Assembly (NCBI GenBank): GCA_964016885.1
Contig: OZ024740.1
Span: forward strand, 324,012,001-324,076,000
Source: Eledone cirrhosa
Lineage: Eukaryota
Direction of reading: 5' to 3'
DNA: 64,000 nt
The translations under genes were made by a program, and so were the position numbers. Positions within the stretch are counted from its first letter, which is position 1. Every line of letters begins with the position of its first letter. This document shows positions 45,101-58,800 of this stretch, piece by piece. The notes beneath the pieces were generated by a model. The model saw only the letters and a list, made by a program, of their open reading frames with translations. It did no database searches and had not been told where the DNA came from.

Positions 45101-48040
45101 GTAGAATTTGGTAGATGTAGTTGTTATTGCAGTTAATGCTGTTGCAGTTGTTGTAGAATTTGGTAGATGTAGTTGTTATTGCAGTTACTGCAGTTGCAGT
45201 TGTTGTAGAATTTGGTAGATGTAGTTGTTATTGCAGTTAATGCTGTTGCAGTTGTTGTAGAATTTGGTAGATGTAGTTGTTATTGCAGTTACTGCTGTTG
45301 CAGTTGTTGTAGAATTTGGTAGATGTAGTTGTTATTGCAGTTAATACTGTTGCAGTTGTTGTAGAATTTGGTAGATGTAGTTGTTATTGCAGTTACTGCA
45401 GTTGCAGTTGTTGTAGAATTTGGTAGATGTAGTTGTTATTGCAGTTAATACTGTTGCAGTTGTTGTATAATTTGGTAGATGTAGTTGTTATTGCAGTTAC
45501 TGCTGTTGCAGTTGTTGTAGAATTTGGTAGATGTAGTTGTTATTGCAGTTACTGCTGTTGCAGTTGTTGTAGAATTTGGTAGATGTAGTTGTTATTGCAG
45601 TTAATGCTGTTGCAGTTGTTGTAGAATTTGGTAGCTGTAGTTGTTATTGCAGTTACTGCAGTTGCAGTTGTTGTAGAATTTGGTAGATGTAGTTGTTATT
45701 GCAGTTAATGCTGTTGCAGTTGTTGTAGAATTTGGTAGATGTAGTTGTTATTGCAGTTACTGCAGTTGCAGTTGTTGTAGAATTTGGTAGATGTAGTTGT
45801 TATTGCAGTTAATGCTGTTGCAGTTGTTGTAGAATTTGGTAGCTGTAGTTGTTATTGCAGTTACTGCAGTTGCAGTTGTTGTAGAATTTGGTAGATGTAG
45901 TTGTTATTGCAGTTACTGCTGTTGCAGTTGTTGTAGAATTTGGTAGATGCAGTTGTTATTGCAGTTAATACTGTTGCAGTTGTTGTAGAATTTGGTAGAT
46001 GTAGTTGTTATTGCAGTTACTGCAGTTGCAGTTGTTGTAGAATTTGGTAGATGTAGTTGTTATTGCAGTTAATACTGTTGCAGTTGTTGTAGAATTTGGT
46101 AGATGTAGTTGTTATTGCAGTTACTGCTGTTGCAGTTGTTGTAGAATTTGGTAGATGTAGTTGTTATTGCAGTTAATACTGTTGCAGTTGTTGTAGAATT
46201 TGGTAGATGTAGTTGTTATTGCAGTTACTGCTGTTGCAGTTGTTGTAGAATTTGGTAGATGTAGTTGTTATTGCAGTTAATGCTGTTGCAGTTGTTGTAG
46301 AATTTGGTAGCTGTAGTTGTTATTGCAGTTACTGCAGTTGCAGTTGTTGTAGAATTTGGTAGATGTAGTTGTTATTGCAGTTAATGCTGTTGCAGTTGTT
46401 GTAGAATTTGGTAGATGTAGTTGTTATTGCAGTTACTGCTGTTGCAGTTGTTGTAGAATTTGGTAGATGTAGTTGTTATTGCAGTTACTGCTGTTGCAGT
46501 TGTTGTAGAATTTGGTAGACGTAGTTGTTATTGCAGTTACTGCTGTTGCAGTTGTTGTAGAATTTGGTAGATGTAATTGTTATTGCAGTTAATGCTGTTG
46601 CAGTTGTTGTAGAATTTGGTAGATGTAGTTGTTATTGCAGTTAATGCTGTTGCAGTTGTGGTAGAATTTGGTAGATGTAGTTGTTATTGCAGTTACTGCT
46701 GTTGCAGAATTTGGTAGATGTAGTTGTTATTGCAGTTAATGCTGTTGCAGTTGTTGTAGAATTTGGTAGATGTAGTTGTTATTGCAGTTACTGCTGCTGC
46801 AGTTGTTGTAGAATTTGGTAGATGTAGTTGTTATTGCAGTTAATACTGTTGCAGTTGTTGTAGAATTTGGTAGATGTAGTTGTTATTGCAGTTAATACTG
46901 TTGCAGTTGTTGTAGAATTTGGTAGATGTAGTTGTTATTGCAGTTACTGCTGTTGCAGTTGTTGTAGAATTTGGTAGATGTAGTTGTTATTGCAGTTACT
47001 GCTGTTGCAGTTGTTGTAGAATTTGGTAGATGTAGTTGTTATTGCAGTTACTGCTGTTGCAGTTGTTGTAGAATTTGGTAGATGTAGTTGTTATTGCAGT
47101 TACTGCTGTTGCAGTTGTTGTAGAATTTGGTAGATGTAGTTGTTATTGCAGTTACTGCAGTTGCAGTTGTTGTAGAATTTGGTAGATGTAGTTGTTATTG
47201 CAGTTACTGCTGTTGCAGTTGTTGTAGAATTTGGTAGATGTAGTTGTTATTGCAGTTACTGCTGTTGCAGTTGTTGTAGAATTTGGTAGATGTAGTTGTT
47301 ATTGCAGTTAATGCTGTTGCAGTTGTTGTAGAATTTGGTAGATGTAGTTGTTATTGCAGTTACTGCTGTTGCAGTTGTTGTAGAATTTGGTAGATGTAGT
47401 TGTTATTGCAGTTACTGCTGCTGCAGTTGTTGTAGAATTTGGTAGATGTAGTTGTTATTGCAGTTAATGCTGTTGCAGTTGTTGTAGAATTTGGTAGATG
47501 TAGTTGTTATTGCAGTTAATGCTGTTGCAGTTGTTGTAGAATTTGGTAGATGTAGTTGTTATTGCAGTTACTGCTGTTGCAGTTGTTGTAGAATTTGGTA
47601 GATGTAGTTGTTATTGCAGTTACTGCTGTTGCAGTTGTTGTAGAATTTGGTAGATGTAGTTGTTATTGCAGTTACTGCTGCTGCAGTTGTTGTAGAATTT
47701 GGTAGATGTAGTTGTTATTGCAGTTAATGCTGTTGCAGTTGTTGTAGAATTTGGTAGATGTAGTTGTTATTGCAGTTACTGCTGCTGCAGTTGTTGTAGA
47801 ATTTGGTAGATGTAGTTGTTATTGCAGTTACTGCTGTTGCAGTTGTTGTAGAATTTGGTAGATGTAGTTGTTATTGCAGTTAATGCTGTTGCAGTTGTTG
47901 TAGAATTTGGTAGATGTAGTTGTTGCAGTTGTTGTAGAATTTGGTAGATGTAGTTGTTACTGCAGTTACTGCTGTTGCAGTTGTTGTAGAATTTGGTAGA
48001 TGTAGTTGTTATTGCAGTTACTGCTGCTGTAGTTGTTGTA
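30160..48040. repeat. 52-bp satellite array, about 345 monomers
   Basis: Monomer GTTGTTGTAGAATTTGGTAGATGTAGTTGTTATTGCAGTTA(C/A)T(G/A)CTGTTGCA; period 52 (30211 to 30263); occasional 34-bp deletion monomers. Confidence 0.98.
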
Positions 48041-48251
48041 GATAATGTTTTTGTTGTTGATCACTGCTCTTTGAACTCTATAATCTCATACATTCCATAC
48101 CCCCCCCCCCTCATCTTCTTCGCTTTAAAATATCCTATCTTCTTTCTCTCTCTCTCTCCCTTCTCATTATTGAAGTGACGTAGCAAGTCTTGCAGACATA
48201 AACAAGACTGGAGGTAATTATGGCCAACATACATACATGTGTATGCACATA

Positions 48252-48431
<180 letters not shown>

Positions 48432-48539
48432 GTAAAGAGTTTATATATATATACTCTTCACAATACATACATTCTACTTTCCCAAGTATTGAGTACTTAG
48501 CTATTCATCGCTATACTGGCCTAATCCAGTAACTTCCAA

Positions 48540-48589
<50 letters not shown>

Positions 48590-48777
48590 GTTGTTTCTAC
48601 TTTTGGCACAAGGCCAGCAATTACCCAGTGCATTACTGGTACTTTATTTTATCGACCTCGTAAGGATGAAAGGCAAAGTTAACCTCGGCGGGATTTGAAC
48701 TCAGATCATACAGGGAGGTAACTCTATGCTTCAAAGCATGGCGTCCGACCCTCTACCGATACTGCCAGTCCACCGCC
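48590..48777 (-). mobile_element. SINE family A, full length
   Basis: Reverse complement from GGCGGTGGACTGGCAG to GAAACAA. Confidence 0.9.
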
Positions 48778-49159
48778 TAAGTGAGTGACATATATACATA
48801 CATAAATATATAATGATATAAATGTATAATAGAATATATAAAACTTTAACAAGAGACAATCTGTATAGAATGTAAAAATATATAGTTGGTTACATATTTA
48901 AATTTAACAAAAATATAAAAGATACCTGATAAAAATCATATATATTTCCCTCATATGTTATCCTTCACAAATGATGAATATATTTTACCAAATATCGGTG
49001 CAGTTAAATGATTGATCTGAATCGTCAGTGAGGGAATCGATCTGTCTAAACTTACACCCGTTAACATACAGGACTAGAGACGACGAAAATACCAACGCAC
49101 GCGGTCATCGTCTGCAGTGACATGAAAGGTGAAAGGTTTCACGCCAACTAGAAACAGCA

Positions 49160-49243
<84 letters not shown>

Positions 49244-49252
<9 letters not shown>

Positions 49253-49488
49253 ATATTAACAAATGGAAACTATATTTATAAAACCATATTTATTTCATTA
49301 TACATATTTCAAGGGCCATCAAGGTATATGTATAATGAAATATGTATAATGAAATAAATATGGTTTTATAAAAATAGTTTCCATTTGTTAATATATTGTA
49401 TATTTACTCCAATAATTTGTTGAGTGCTTTATATCAGTTATAAAAATATTTTGCTTGTTGTATCCCAACAAATTAAATATAACCTCTA
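49244..49488. mobile_element. Inverted pair with a longer right arm, in (AT)n
   Basis: Arms ~49244-49311 and ~49336-49403; tail to 49488 with TTGAGTGCT. Confidence 0.6.
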
Positions 49489-49502
49489 CATATATATATA
49501 TA

Positions 49503-50628
49503 TTTAGGTTAGTTGGTTCACCACTGGATAGAACTGGTCATTCCGTATGGTCAATCTCGTTGTAATATTATTGAGAGTACTCAACGTAATGCAACTCACC
49601 CGTCTTCGTTTGTGTAGTTGGTGGTGCGAGTACGGAGTTAATTATTATAAAATAATTACTCGGAACGGTTGCTTCGCCCCGAGGCCCACCGCGCTGCCGG
49701 TTTTGACCGCCAAATAGTACCTTTAAATTTCTAGGCTTAATCATAACTATTAGCTGTATCATGCCTCCCTCTACTGGCACGTAAATAAATCCTCCTCCTG
49801 TATGAATTAATAGTATTCGTTTGGTATAGACGATGGCCTGACAGCGGTTGCGGATTTCCCGCTAACACACCCGGCGCCTAAAACAGTTACATTCCTGGAG
49901 TGCTCGGAAAAATTAATTTCCATTTCTTTCGCTAGACGATATCACTCGGACGGCTGACACGTGGTTAGGAAGGGCTGGCCGGGATCTGCAAAACAAGGGC
50001 TTAATCTTTACTCTATATCCTACCCTGAAAACTTATCGAGACTATCTATAATACACTTAAACTTTTTCACAAAAGACTCTTTCTGTAAATTCTTTAACTA
50101 AATCTCACAACCCAAACCTTAAACCTTATTTCTCTTATTTTTCCAATTTCATCCTATAACTCTAAACATAAGTTTAACGTTCCTAATTGCTAACCAAAAT
50201 TTCTGTCCACACATTATACCATACAGACGCCCACTATGTATGCCTTTGTTAAAGATATATGTGCGTTGGAAAAACATTTTTCGCGGCAATTTCTAGCACG
50301 GACGGTCAGCCTGATTGTGGCATGACCTTTTCTCTTTGACGGCGAGGTAGTAGTACATTATAAGCTTACGCCCCCTCACCAGATGGTCATAAGTAGACTT
50401 AATAATCAACACTCGAGGGCGACCGACTGAGGTAGAAGCTGCTAAATAGTCGGTCGTCCTCTTGGCTCTGATTTTCAGCCCCATGGATTTTATCTGTTAT
50501 ATTCCTTTGTTATATTTCGAATACCTGATGATATCACCGGATTCATACCGAACCAGGTCATTGAAATGATCATAGTATAATAAACCTTTCAAGGATTTAC
50601 ACCTTTCCAGTATCCTGTTATGTTATTT

Positions 50629-50632
<4 letters not shown>
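49503..50632 (+). mobile_element. Non-coding PLE-like element (family H2): inverted tail + body + pLTR-like end with hammerhead
   Basis: 49503-49655 is the reverse complement of ~57895-58047; 50437-50625 is homologous to ~57708-57900; (AT)n on both sides. Confidence 0.65.
50521..50578 (+). ncRNA. Type-I hammerhead ribozyme
   Basis: ATAC-CTGATGA-[imperfect stem II]-GAAA-TGATCA-TA-GTAT then AATAAA; palindromic ATGATCAT. Confidence 0.65.
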
Positions 50633-50673
<41 letters not shown>

Positions 50674-51663
50674 AAAAAATGGGGAGAAGAATACTGCAGG
50701 TTGCACATGGATAACATGTTATAAAATGAGTCCTTCATCAGTGATTTGCCAACGATCATAGATATTTCATTGCATTAAAAATCATATACCTCACGTTGGT
50801 GCAATAATAACTAAATTAAGTTATTAGGACAATTAAAACGCGTAATGCGAGTGAGACAAATATATATATATATATATATATTTAAATATAAATTTAGTGC
50901 GGCAGAAACTCGAGTCCGAGAACCTTATAGGCACCCGTTTTAGGTGTGTTGTGTTGAAGCAAATAATTTTGTGTATACTCTGGGAATGTATCTTACATTG
51001 CCCATGGAGTGCGCTGAGATACAACCGGTACTGGCATTGATAAATATGCTGGGCCCGTCAACCCTTATTATTATATTTAAATATATATATGTGTGTGTAT
51101 ATGTATATGTGCTTGTCTATGTGTATATGTGCACTTATATTTGCATATTTTTGTATATAGATATGTGTATGTGTACATATCAGTGTGCATGTGTAAGCGT
51201 GCATATCTGTGTGCATGTGTATGTATATATGCATATGGGCATTTAACTCACAGTTGAGACGTTGTGGTATTATAGTGACATGTAGTGATTTGGAAATTGA
51301 AACTTGAAACCTGCTGCAGGCCATTCTTCTCCATGTCTGAACACAGTCGAATTCTTACCGAGAAGAAAAGCTACAAGTTACAGAAGAAACATCGACCCCC
51401 TCCGTACAGGACTATTACCTTACTGATCAATCACGAAAGGATAAAGGCAAATTTAAACTCATAGCACAAAGAAGATGAACGAATACAGAGAAGTATTTGA
51501 AACGATGTTCTAATGTCATTTCATAGGAATTTTTATATAGGAACTTTTACATAAGGGACTTCAACATACGTGTTTTTTTTAAATAACGCGGGTGGTTGTG
51601 CAGCTATTTGACTGGGGAAGATGCAGGCCTATTATGTGTGTGTGTGTGTGTGTGTGTGTGTAC

Positions 51664-51900
51664 AGGCGTGACTTAGTGGTTAGGAGGTTTGGCTCACAAT
51701 CATGTAACCGTGAATTTGATTCCCGTCGATATGCTGTGTACTTGAGCAAGGCACTTAAATTTTTCGTTGTTCCAGTCCACTCAACCGGCAAAATAATGGG
51801 TGGCAACCATGTCATACAATGTCTCCCGCTAAATCTTCCTGGTTGTTTCAGTGACCAAAACAACTGGAGTACTCATCGCCGTAACCGATGGAAGTCCAAA
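51664..51900 (+). mobile_element. tRNA-derived SINE family B, diverged
   Basis: GGCGTGACTTAGTGGTTAGG head and TGTGTACTTGAGCAAGGCACTT body. Confidence 0.65.
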
Positions 51901-52377
51901 ACACAAATCATACACTCCAATTAGGACAAAATCACAATCCAGTCAAACTAGTTGTTTTTGTTGATGTCTAGCTGCAGGGCAGACTTGATTAAACAGATCT
52001 ATGATCAAAAGTATTCCAGCTGTGACCATCCCATCTGTTTTATATATCAACCACTACAATGCCCAGTGTTTCTAATATTTTTTAAGTTGTTTTGCAAAAG
52101 TATTGTCTTGTGATTTCTGGAAATTTCTGATTGTTTCTTAGTGGAGTTTATATAGCCACAAATTACTTTAAGGCAAGACTATACATACATTATATATATA
52201 TATACACACACACACATATATATACATACATACACACACACAAATACACACACATATATATATATACACATATATATACATATACACACACATATATATA
52301 CACATACATATATATGTACATATATAGATATACATATATATGTACATATACACATACATATATACATATGTATATAC

Positions 52378-52421
<44 letters not shown>

Positions 52422-52488
52422 ATACATATGTATATATACACATACATACATATACATACATACATACATACATACATACATACATACA

Positions 52489-52521
<33 letters not shown>

Positions 52522-52851
52522 CATATATGTATTATTGTGTTAATCTGTGTGTTGTGTTGGATATAATTATGTATAACGTGATTCAGCTTCTTCAGAGACC
52601 AGTGTCTCCACCACAGCTGTGTGGAGACCCTGAGGTAACTATTACAGTGGCCAGGACATATTGTCCTACTGAACTATTGTGGCGAGACAATGTTCTGTTG
52701 AAGAGATGAAGAGTATCGAGAAAAAAATAAAGTGTGAAAGAGAGGAACAGCAGAGGAGAGAGAGAGATAACAAAAGAGGGAGAAAGGGAGAGAAGGGGAG
52801 AGAGGGGAAAAAAGAGACGAAGAAAGGGCGGGAAGGGGAGAGAGGGGCTGA

Positions 52852-52899
<48 letters not shown>

Positions 52900-53311
52900 A
52901 TTGCCATACATATAAATAAATATGAAATTGAACATGACGACTTGTGTTCGGTACAGATTTTATACTATCAGATTCAGAGAGAAGAGAGAGGAGATAGAGG
53001 AGTAGAAGAGATAGAGGAGAAAGAGAGAGAGAGATGGAGGAGTAGCAGAGGGACCGTGAGCGTGAGAGGAAAGAGGAAGATAAGAGCGGGAGTGAGAGTG
53101 AGGGGGAAGTGGAGAGAGAGAGAGAGAGAGAGAAGTGGCAGCGAAGAGAGAGAGAGAAGAGGCAGCGGTAAGAGAGGCAGAGGGTGTGGTGGGGTGGGGG
53201 GCAGTTAGACATACAAAGAGAGTCAAAGTAAGAAAGAGGTAGTGAAAGAAGGAAAGTGTGTATCTATGTTTACATGTACGCTCTCCTGTGTGGGAGAGAA
53301 GAATTTATCGA

Positions 53312-53445
53312 AGTACTTGACTGGTATTTTAATTATCGACGCCGCAAGGATGAAAGGCGATGTTGACCTCGGTGGGATTTGAACTTACAGCGGAGGGAAC
53401 TTGAACAAATACCGCACGGATTTCTATCAAGGATGGTAGAGCTCT
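53312..53445 (-). mobile_element. SINE family A, older diverged copy
   Basis: ACTGGTATTT..ATCGAC..AAGGATGAAAGGC..GACCTCGGTGGGATTTGAACT. Confidence 0.7.
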
Positions 53446-53585
53446 AACACACACACCCGTCATATATATATATGTGTGTATATAGATGTGCGTGTATATA
53501 TATATATATATATATGTGTGTGTATATAGATGTGTGTGTATATAGATGTGCGTGTATATATATGTATGTCTATATAAAAATATAT

Positions 53586-53658
<73 letters not shown>

Positions 53659-54830
53659 TACACATACACATACATTCACATGCATACATATATTTACACA
53701 TGCACACACATACCTACACAGGGGCACACGAGTGAGTAGGTGCTAAATGTCTACAGCTATGCATATGTTCACCCTGTAATTCGTGCATCATGCATAAATA
53801 TGTGTATATATATATATATATATATACACATTTATATACATATATATGCGGTGGGAAGAAGGGCGAGGTAGGACTGTGTGGTGGGTAGCAAGGGCCCTGT
53901 CTGCGTGTGTGTGTGGGGGGGGGGGGAGCAAGGCTGCGTTTTGGGAAGAAGATAAAAATAACAGCAACAGTAGCCATGTGTATGGTTAGTACAATAGAGA
54001 GTGGGTAGGGACTGAGGGGGAAGAGAAGCAAGGGGTTTGGTTGGTTGGTTGCATAGTTTAATAAAGAAGGGGCTGAGGGGAGTACTTGGAGGGGGTTGCT
54101 AAGAGCTGTGTGCGGGCAGTGAGGGGGGGGGGTGTAAAGGATAACTTCTCTGCAGAAGAAGTAAGAACACAAGAATAAGAAACAAGCTACAAGTAAAGTG
54201 CTCGGCACGCGGCAAATGTTGGTTTTTAAAGATAACATCACCCTCCCCCCCTCTCTCTCACTATTAATGGTGGGAGATACTGGGGTAGGGGAGGTGGTGG
54301 GGGTGTACTGAGGTAGGGGAGTGGTGGTGTGTAGTGGTGGGGGAGTGCTGGGGTAGGGGAGGTTATGGTGGTGAGATCCTGAGGTAAGGGAGGTTATGGT
54401 CGTGGTGTTGGGGGAGATGCTAGGATAGGGGTAGTGGTGGGGAGATGCTAGGATAGGTGAGGTGGTGTTGGGGAGACATTGAGGTAAGGGTGGCGGGGTG
54501 GAGTCGGAGATGCTGGGGTTAGATGGTGGTGGGGAAACGCTGTGGTAGGAGTGTGTGATAGTAACGAAGGAAAGGAAGAGAACCCCCTCACCCCATCGTC
54601 AGTTAGAATGCAGAAGGGCCCCAGTTGCTGTATAGTCTAAAGTGGGGAGAGGAGTAGAGGATTGAGGTAAGGGGGCAAGGGGAATGGAGGAATGGGGTAA
54701 GCGGTGGGGCTGAGAAAGAGATATAAAGGGAAAGAAGGGTTCGTCAGTCAGAAAAAGTAAAACAGAAAAATCGAAAAAATGATATCCACACCAAACATTT
54801 CTGGTGGAAGCATTCCAGAAACTGAAACAA

Positions 54831-55760
<930 letters not shown>

Positions 55761-55766
55761 ACTGTA

Positions 55767-55940
55767 AATGTGGTTGGTGTTAGGAAGGGCATCCAGCCGT
55801 AGAAAAGCTGCCAGATAGTCCTATATGAGCGAGACACGGTCACCCGACCAACCTTGCCTCAAGTGGGACAACTCCCGTCTAACCCATGCTATCGTGGAAG
55901 ATGGACGTTAAACGAAGATGAGGATGATGATGATGATGAT
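55767..55940 (+). mobile_element. 3' part of a SINE-like repeat with (GAT)n tail
   Basis: GGTGTTAGGAAGGGCATCCAGCCGTAGAAA ... GGACGTTAAACG(ATG)n. Confidence 0.55.
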
Positions 55941-56032
55941 ACATACATATATACAAACACAAATATATATATATAAACACAAATAAATATATATATATAT
56001 ATATATATATACATACACACACATACACATAC

Positions 56033-56101
<69 letters not shown>

Positions 56102-56167
56102 AATACATACATATACACACATATATATATATATATATACATACACACTAACATTATATATACTCTT

Positions 56168-56297
56168 TGCCCTTGCCATTCTGAGTTCAAATCCCGCCGA
56201 GGTTAACTTTGCCTTTCATCCTTACGGGGTCGATAAAATAAAGTACCAGTAATGAACTGGGTAATTGCTGGCCTTGTGCCAAAAGTAGAAACAATTA
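56168..56297 (+). mobile_element. SINE family A, 5'-truncated
   Basis: B-box, body and 3' end. Confidence 0.88.
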
Positions 56298-56555
56298 TAT
56301 ATCAAATTTAAATGTCGAGTTAAAAACTCACAATAATCGCCTACAATCAGATAAGCTCAAGGAAGAAATTCCGAGCCCTTTATAAAAGAGTAAGGAGAGA
56401 AACATACATAAATATAAGTATTCAATTATAGAGGATATAAAGTCACCGGAGTATCACCCTGGTGGGTATGTATCCTCTATAATTGAACACATATATTTAT
56501 GTGTTTCTCTTATTACTGTTATATATAGGATTTTAGTCTTGAAATTTATTATTAT

Positions 56556-56645
<90 letters not shown>

Positions 56646-57027
56646 GTATGCATGTATGCATGTATGTATGTATGTATGTGTGAAATGAAAAAAACGGAGG
56701 CGAAGACCCGCGTTAATCCCGTGTAATTTAATGAGCTGAAGGATTAAGCACCGGGCTCTTCATAATACAATATATGGAGAAGTAAACACAAAAAGGGGTG
56801 TTTTTAATTACGAGGGTTAGAGAACCACTAGAGTGAAGAATATAAAGTCTACGAAAAGTAGGGAAAATACAAAATAATTAAAAGGTAAATTAAAATGTAT
56901 AAACCACCTTTATAACTATAGTTGTGGTAATAGATAGCAGGGGAAAAATATAAGGTGTAGAGCAGCTCAAATCCGTATTGTGAGTTTGAATATAATTCCT
57001 AAGGTCAGTTATTACAACGAGGTCATA

Positions 57028-57076
57028 ACAGGTACGTACGTTTCGTTGGTTGTGAGGATCAACTTGTTCAACCTGT
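57028..57076 (-). ncRNA. Hammerhead ribozyme variant (UUGAACAA core)
   Basis: Minus strand ACAGG-TTGAACAA-GTTG(atcctcacaac)CAAC-GAAA-CGTACG-TA-CCTGT; 5-bp stem I, palindromic ACGTACGT, GUA site. Confidence 0.65.
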
Positions 57077-57172
57077 GCTGATAAACCCTCCCGCGACGCC
57101 TAGCGGTTTCGGTTTTTAATAATATCCTGATATGTGGTTTTCCCGATCTCGGCACCGTAGATTATATATATA

Positions 57173-57360
57173 TAATTGTTTCTACTTTTGGCACAAGGTC
57201 AGCAATTATCTCCGTGTATTACTGGTACTTTATTTTATTGACCCCGTAAGGATGAAAGGCAAAGTTAACCTCGGCGGATTTGAACTCAGACCATAAAGGG
57301 CCGTAACTCTTTGCTGCAAAGCATGGCGTTCGACCTTCTACAGATACTGTCGATCCACCG
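57173..57360 (-). mobile_element. SINE family A
   Basis: Reverse complement of the consensus. Confidence 0.88.
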
Positions 57361-57539
57361 TATAATGAAGTGTAAATATTCCAACGGCGAACTGAGCCGT
57401 TCCAACTAGAGTTCCACAACTATTTTCCTCTTCACTAAACCCACTCTAATCTCGTCATACATCAAGTACTGTTCGAAATCAAGGTCCTCACATCGTGCAC
57501 ACCCCACACACGCACATTATATAGTATATACATATATAC

Positions 57540-57690
57540 GTTTATCCCGGGTTAAATCGGGGGTAACCACAGTAAGTAAGGTACTCAATACATAGCAAAG
57601 TATTAATATTTAATATAGAAATGCCCGGGCTGCTGATGATTTCTCCCGAATGAAACAGTTCTAGTCCTGTAGAACCCATTTCAATATTAT
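57540..57690. mobile_element. Family H1 copy with inversion; hammerhead core on the plus strand at 57633-57671
   Basis: Tail on the minus strand to ~57624, then CTGATGA-tttctcccgaat-GAAA-cagttctagtcctg-TA-gaacccatttc on the plus strand. Confidence 0.75.
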
Positions 57691-57705
57691 ATATATTATA
57701 TATAA

Positions 57706-58046
57706 AAGGCGGCCGACCGAACTAGAAATTGCTAAATGTGTGGCCGCCTTCTTGTCTCTCTGCCTTTTCAGCCCCATGGATTATATTCCTTTGTTAAATT
57801 TCGAATACCTGATGATGTCACCGGTTTCATACTGAACCCGGTCATTGAAGTGTTCATAGTATAATAAACATTTAAGGACCAGTCCAGCCTCCTGTTATTT
57901 TATAATAATTAACTCCGTACTCGCACCACCAACAACACAAACGAAGACGGGTGAGTTGCATTACGTCGAGTGCTCTCCATAATATTACATCGAGGTTGAC
58001 CATACGGAATGACCAGTTCTATCCGGTGGTGAACCAACAAACCTAA

Positions 58047-58048
<2 letters not shown>
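57706..58048 (+). mobile_element. Family H2 3' end with degenerate hammerhead (57805-57862, GAAA>GAAG)
   Basis: Homologous to 50437-50625 and, inverted, to 49503-49655. Confidence 0.7.
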
Positions 58049-58086
<38 letters not shown>

Positions 58087-58182
58087 TTCAGTAGAAGTTA
58101 TTTTGGTAAAAACAGGAGTAAGTAGAAGAAAGCTCTCTATATTCGTAGTGCGTAGTTACGATGGAGATTCAGTATAAGAATA

Positions 58183-58361
58183 GCTGTTTCTACTTTTGGC
58201 ACAAGGCCAACAATTACCCCAGTGTATTACTGGTACTTTATTTTATCGACCCCGTAAGGATGAAAGGCAAAGTTAACCTCGGCGGGATTTGAACTCAGAA
58301 TGGTAAGGGTCGTAACTCAATGCGTCAAAGCATGGCGTCCGACCCTCTACCGATACTTCCA
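58183..58361 (-). mobile_element. SINE family A with 16-bp target-site duplication
   Basis: ATTCAGTATAAGAATA at 58167-58182 and 58362-58377. Confidence 0.92.
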
Positions 58362-58423
58362 ATTCAGTATAAGAATAACATGAAGAAAAATGGTGCAGAA
58401 GCATCAGCATCTTTCTTAATGTT

Positions 58424-58494
<71 letters not shown>

Positions 58495-58504
58495 GTGTGT
58501 GTGA

Positions 58505-58800
58505 GGATGAAAAACTCAGAGCTGTATGGGAGCCTCCCAAATGTCAGCTTAAAAGTGACACAGTGGAGACTGAGGTTAGCTGGACATGCTCACCGACATC
58601 CAGAGTTGACATTGCACTCAGTGCTCCTGTGGGAGCCCCTACATGGACACACTGGAAGAGAAAGACCAAGGTTAACGTATGTTGATGCCCTAAAGACAGA
58701 CACTGGTCTGTTGGAGACGCAGGACATGGCAGCGATAATGAGGGACAGAGACCGCTGGAGAGAACTCGTCCATGGATCTCGGGAATTTTACCCGCCCTAG
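58505..58800 (+). pseudogene. 3' end of an RTE-clade non-LTR retrotransposon ORF (5'-truncated)
   Basis: NSELYGSLP..RLRLAGH..R..E..VLLWEP.HG...RPRLTYVDAL..DTG..MRDRDRWR matches the post-RT C-terminus of RTE-type LINEs; stop codon runs directly into (AT)n. Confidence 0.8.

Noticed and set aside
30160-48040. CRISPR-like array or telomeric repeat
   Set aside because: No unique spacers and no TTAGGG; it is a plain tandem satellite in eukaryotic context with no cas genes
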